Below, piece after piece: positions 62,231 through 64,000 of a stretch of 64,000 nt of DNA. How positions within the stretch are numbered: position 1 is the first letter of the stretch; the number at the start of each line of letters is the position of its first letter. The DNA is from Mobula hypostoma. Taxonomy: Eukaryota. The stretch spans positions 115,942,001-116,006,000 of the forward strand of contig NC_086097.1 of assembly GCF_963921235.1 (NCBI RefSeq). Direction: 5' to 3'. A model generated the notes under the pieces. It made no database searches, had not been told where the DNA came from, and worked only from the letters and a program-made list of their open reading frames with translations. The position numbers and the translations under genes are program-made.

Positions 62231-62374
62231 ACCAGAGAGCCTTAAAAATACATCTGGCTACACTGATGCCTCTACATCAGCATCATTCTCAAATAAACTA
62301 GACTAGAGGATGGTTGTTAAGTTGAATTAACAAAGAACTTCCAATTAACTCACAACGGAATTTTCAGACGTGAT

Positions 62375-64000
62375 CGAGGCAGAGGAATGAAAGGTGGGGA
62401 GTAGCATTGCTTGTTAGGGAAAATATTACAGCAGTGCTCAGGCAGGACAGATTAGAGAGCTTGTCTACTGAGTCTTTATGGGTGGAGTTGAGAAACAGGA
62501 AAGGTATGGCCACATTAGTGGGATTGTATTACAGACCACCCAATAGTCAACGAGACTTGGAAGAGCAAATCTGCAGAGAGATAGTAGGCAACTGCAGGAA
62601 ACATAAAGTTGTGGTGGTAGGGGATTTTAATTTTCCATATATTGATTGGGACTCCAATACTGTTAGGGGTCTAGATGGTTTAGAGTTTGTAAAATGTGTT
62701 CAGGAAAGTTTTCGAAATCAATATATAGAGGGACCAACTAGAGGGGATGCAATATTGGATCTCCTGTTAGGAAACGAGTTAGGACAGGTGATGGACATCT
62801 GTGTAGGGGAGCACTTTGGTTCCAGAGATCATAACACCATTAGTTTCAACTTGACAATGGACAAGGATAGATCTGGTCCTAAGGTTGAGATTCTGAACTG
62901 GAAGAAGGCCAAATTTGAAGAAATGAGAAAGGATCTAAAAAACGTGGATTGGGACAGGTTGTTCTCTGGCAAAGGTGTGATCAGTAGGTGGGAAGCCTTC
63001 AAAGGAGAAATTTTGAGAGTGCAGAGTTTGTATGTTCCTGTCAGGATTAAAGGCAAAGTGAATAGGAAAAAGGAACCTTGGTTCTCAAGGGATATTGCAA
63101 CTCTGATAAAGAAGAGGAGGGAGTTGTATGAAATGTATAGGAAACAGGGAGTAAATAAGGTGCTTGAGGAGTATAAGAAGTGCAAGAAAATACATAAGAA
63201 AGAAATCAGGAGGGCTAAAAGAAGACATGAGGTTGCCTTGGCAGTCAAAGTGAAGGATAATCCAAAGAGCTTTTACAAGTATATTAAGAGCAAAAGGATT
63301 GTAAGGAATAAAATTGGTCCTCTTGAAGATCAGAGTGGTCAGCTATGTGGGGAACCAAAGGGAATGGGGGAGATCTTAAATAGGTTTTTTGCGTCTGTAT
63401 TTACTAAGGAAACTGGCATGAAGTCTATGGAATTAAGGGAAACAAGTAGTGAGATCATGGAAACTGTACAGATTGAAAAGGAGGAGGTGCTTGCTGTCTT
63501 GAGGAAAATTAAAGTGGATAAATCCCCGAGACCTGACAGGGTGTTCCCTCGGACCTTGAAGGAGACTAGTGTTGAAATTGCAGGGGCCCTGGCAGTAATA
63601 TTTAAAATGTCGCTGTCTACAGGTGAGGTGCCGTACGATTGGAGAGTGGCACATGTTGTTCCATTGTTTAAAAAAGGATCAAAAAGTAATCCGGGAAATT
63701 ATAAACTGGTAAGTTTAATGTCGGTAGTAGGTAAGTTATTGGAGAGAGTACTAAGAGACAAAATCTACAAGCATTTGGATAGACAGGGACTTATTAGGGA
63801 GAGTCAACATGGCTTTGTGCGTGGTAGGTCATGTTTGATCAATCTGTTGGAGTTTTTCGAGGAGATTACCAGGGAAGTGGATGAAGGGAAGGCAGTGGAT
63901 ATTGTCTACATGGACTTCAGTAAGGCCTTTGACAAGGTCCCGCATGGGAGGTTAGTTAGGAAAATTCAGTCGTTAGGTATACATGGAGAGGTGGTAAATT
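62375..64000 (+). mobile_element. CR1 ORF2 (APE to RT start), runs off the window end
   Basis: YYRPPNS, GDFNFP, LDLLL, QHGFVRGRSC, VYMDFSKAFDKVPH. Confidence 0.93.

Noticed and set aside
62829..63654. Minus-strand hydrophobic ORFs (also 42539-45613, 7659-8102 and similar)
   Set aside because: Antisense shadows of CR1 ORFs.

Overview
This is a repeat-saturated vertebrate genomic window with no prokaryotic-style genes, operons or CRISPR arrays. The repeat families (CR1 LINEs with (CATAGAAA)n-type tails, an HE1/V-SINE-like tRNA SINE, Rex1/Babar, Penelope-like elements) suggest a cartilaginous fish; this is inference. Nearly all ORFs in the track are transposable-element fragments or their antisense shadows. 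Main contents: (1) a ~5.15 kb TG...CA solo-LTR-like element (16667-21812, 5-bp TSD GTCTT) inserted in a CR1 and inflated by a ~4.3 kb C-rich minisatellite with a 991-bp higher-order duplication and no stop codons in any + frame; (2) a 5'-truncated, otherwise near-intact Penelope-like retroelement (RT + GIY-YIG, one nonsense codon) with a minimal hammerhead ribozyme motif, plus about nine more intact or decayed copies of that motif; (3) a full-length CR1 with an esterase-type ORF1; (4) Tc1, Tigger and mariner-type DNA elements, two with long internal palindromes; (5) RTE and R4/Dong-like remnants; (6) an old local duplication (1-3380 vs 7233-12404). No host gene could be identified; a few candidate exons are flagged at low confidence. 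Boundaries of old fragments are approximate (read by eye).
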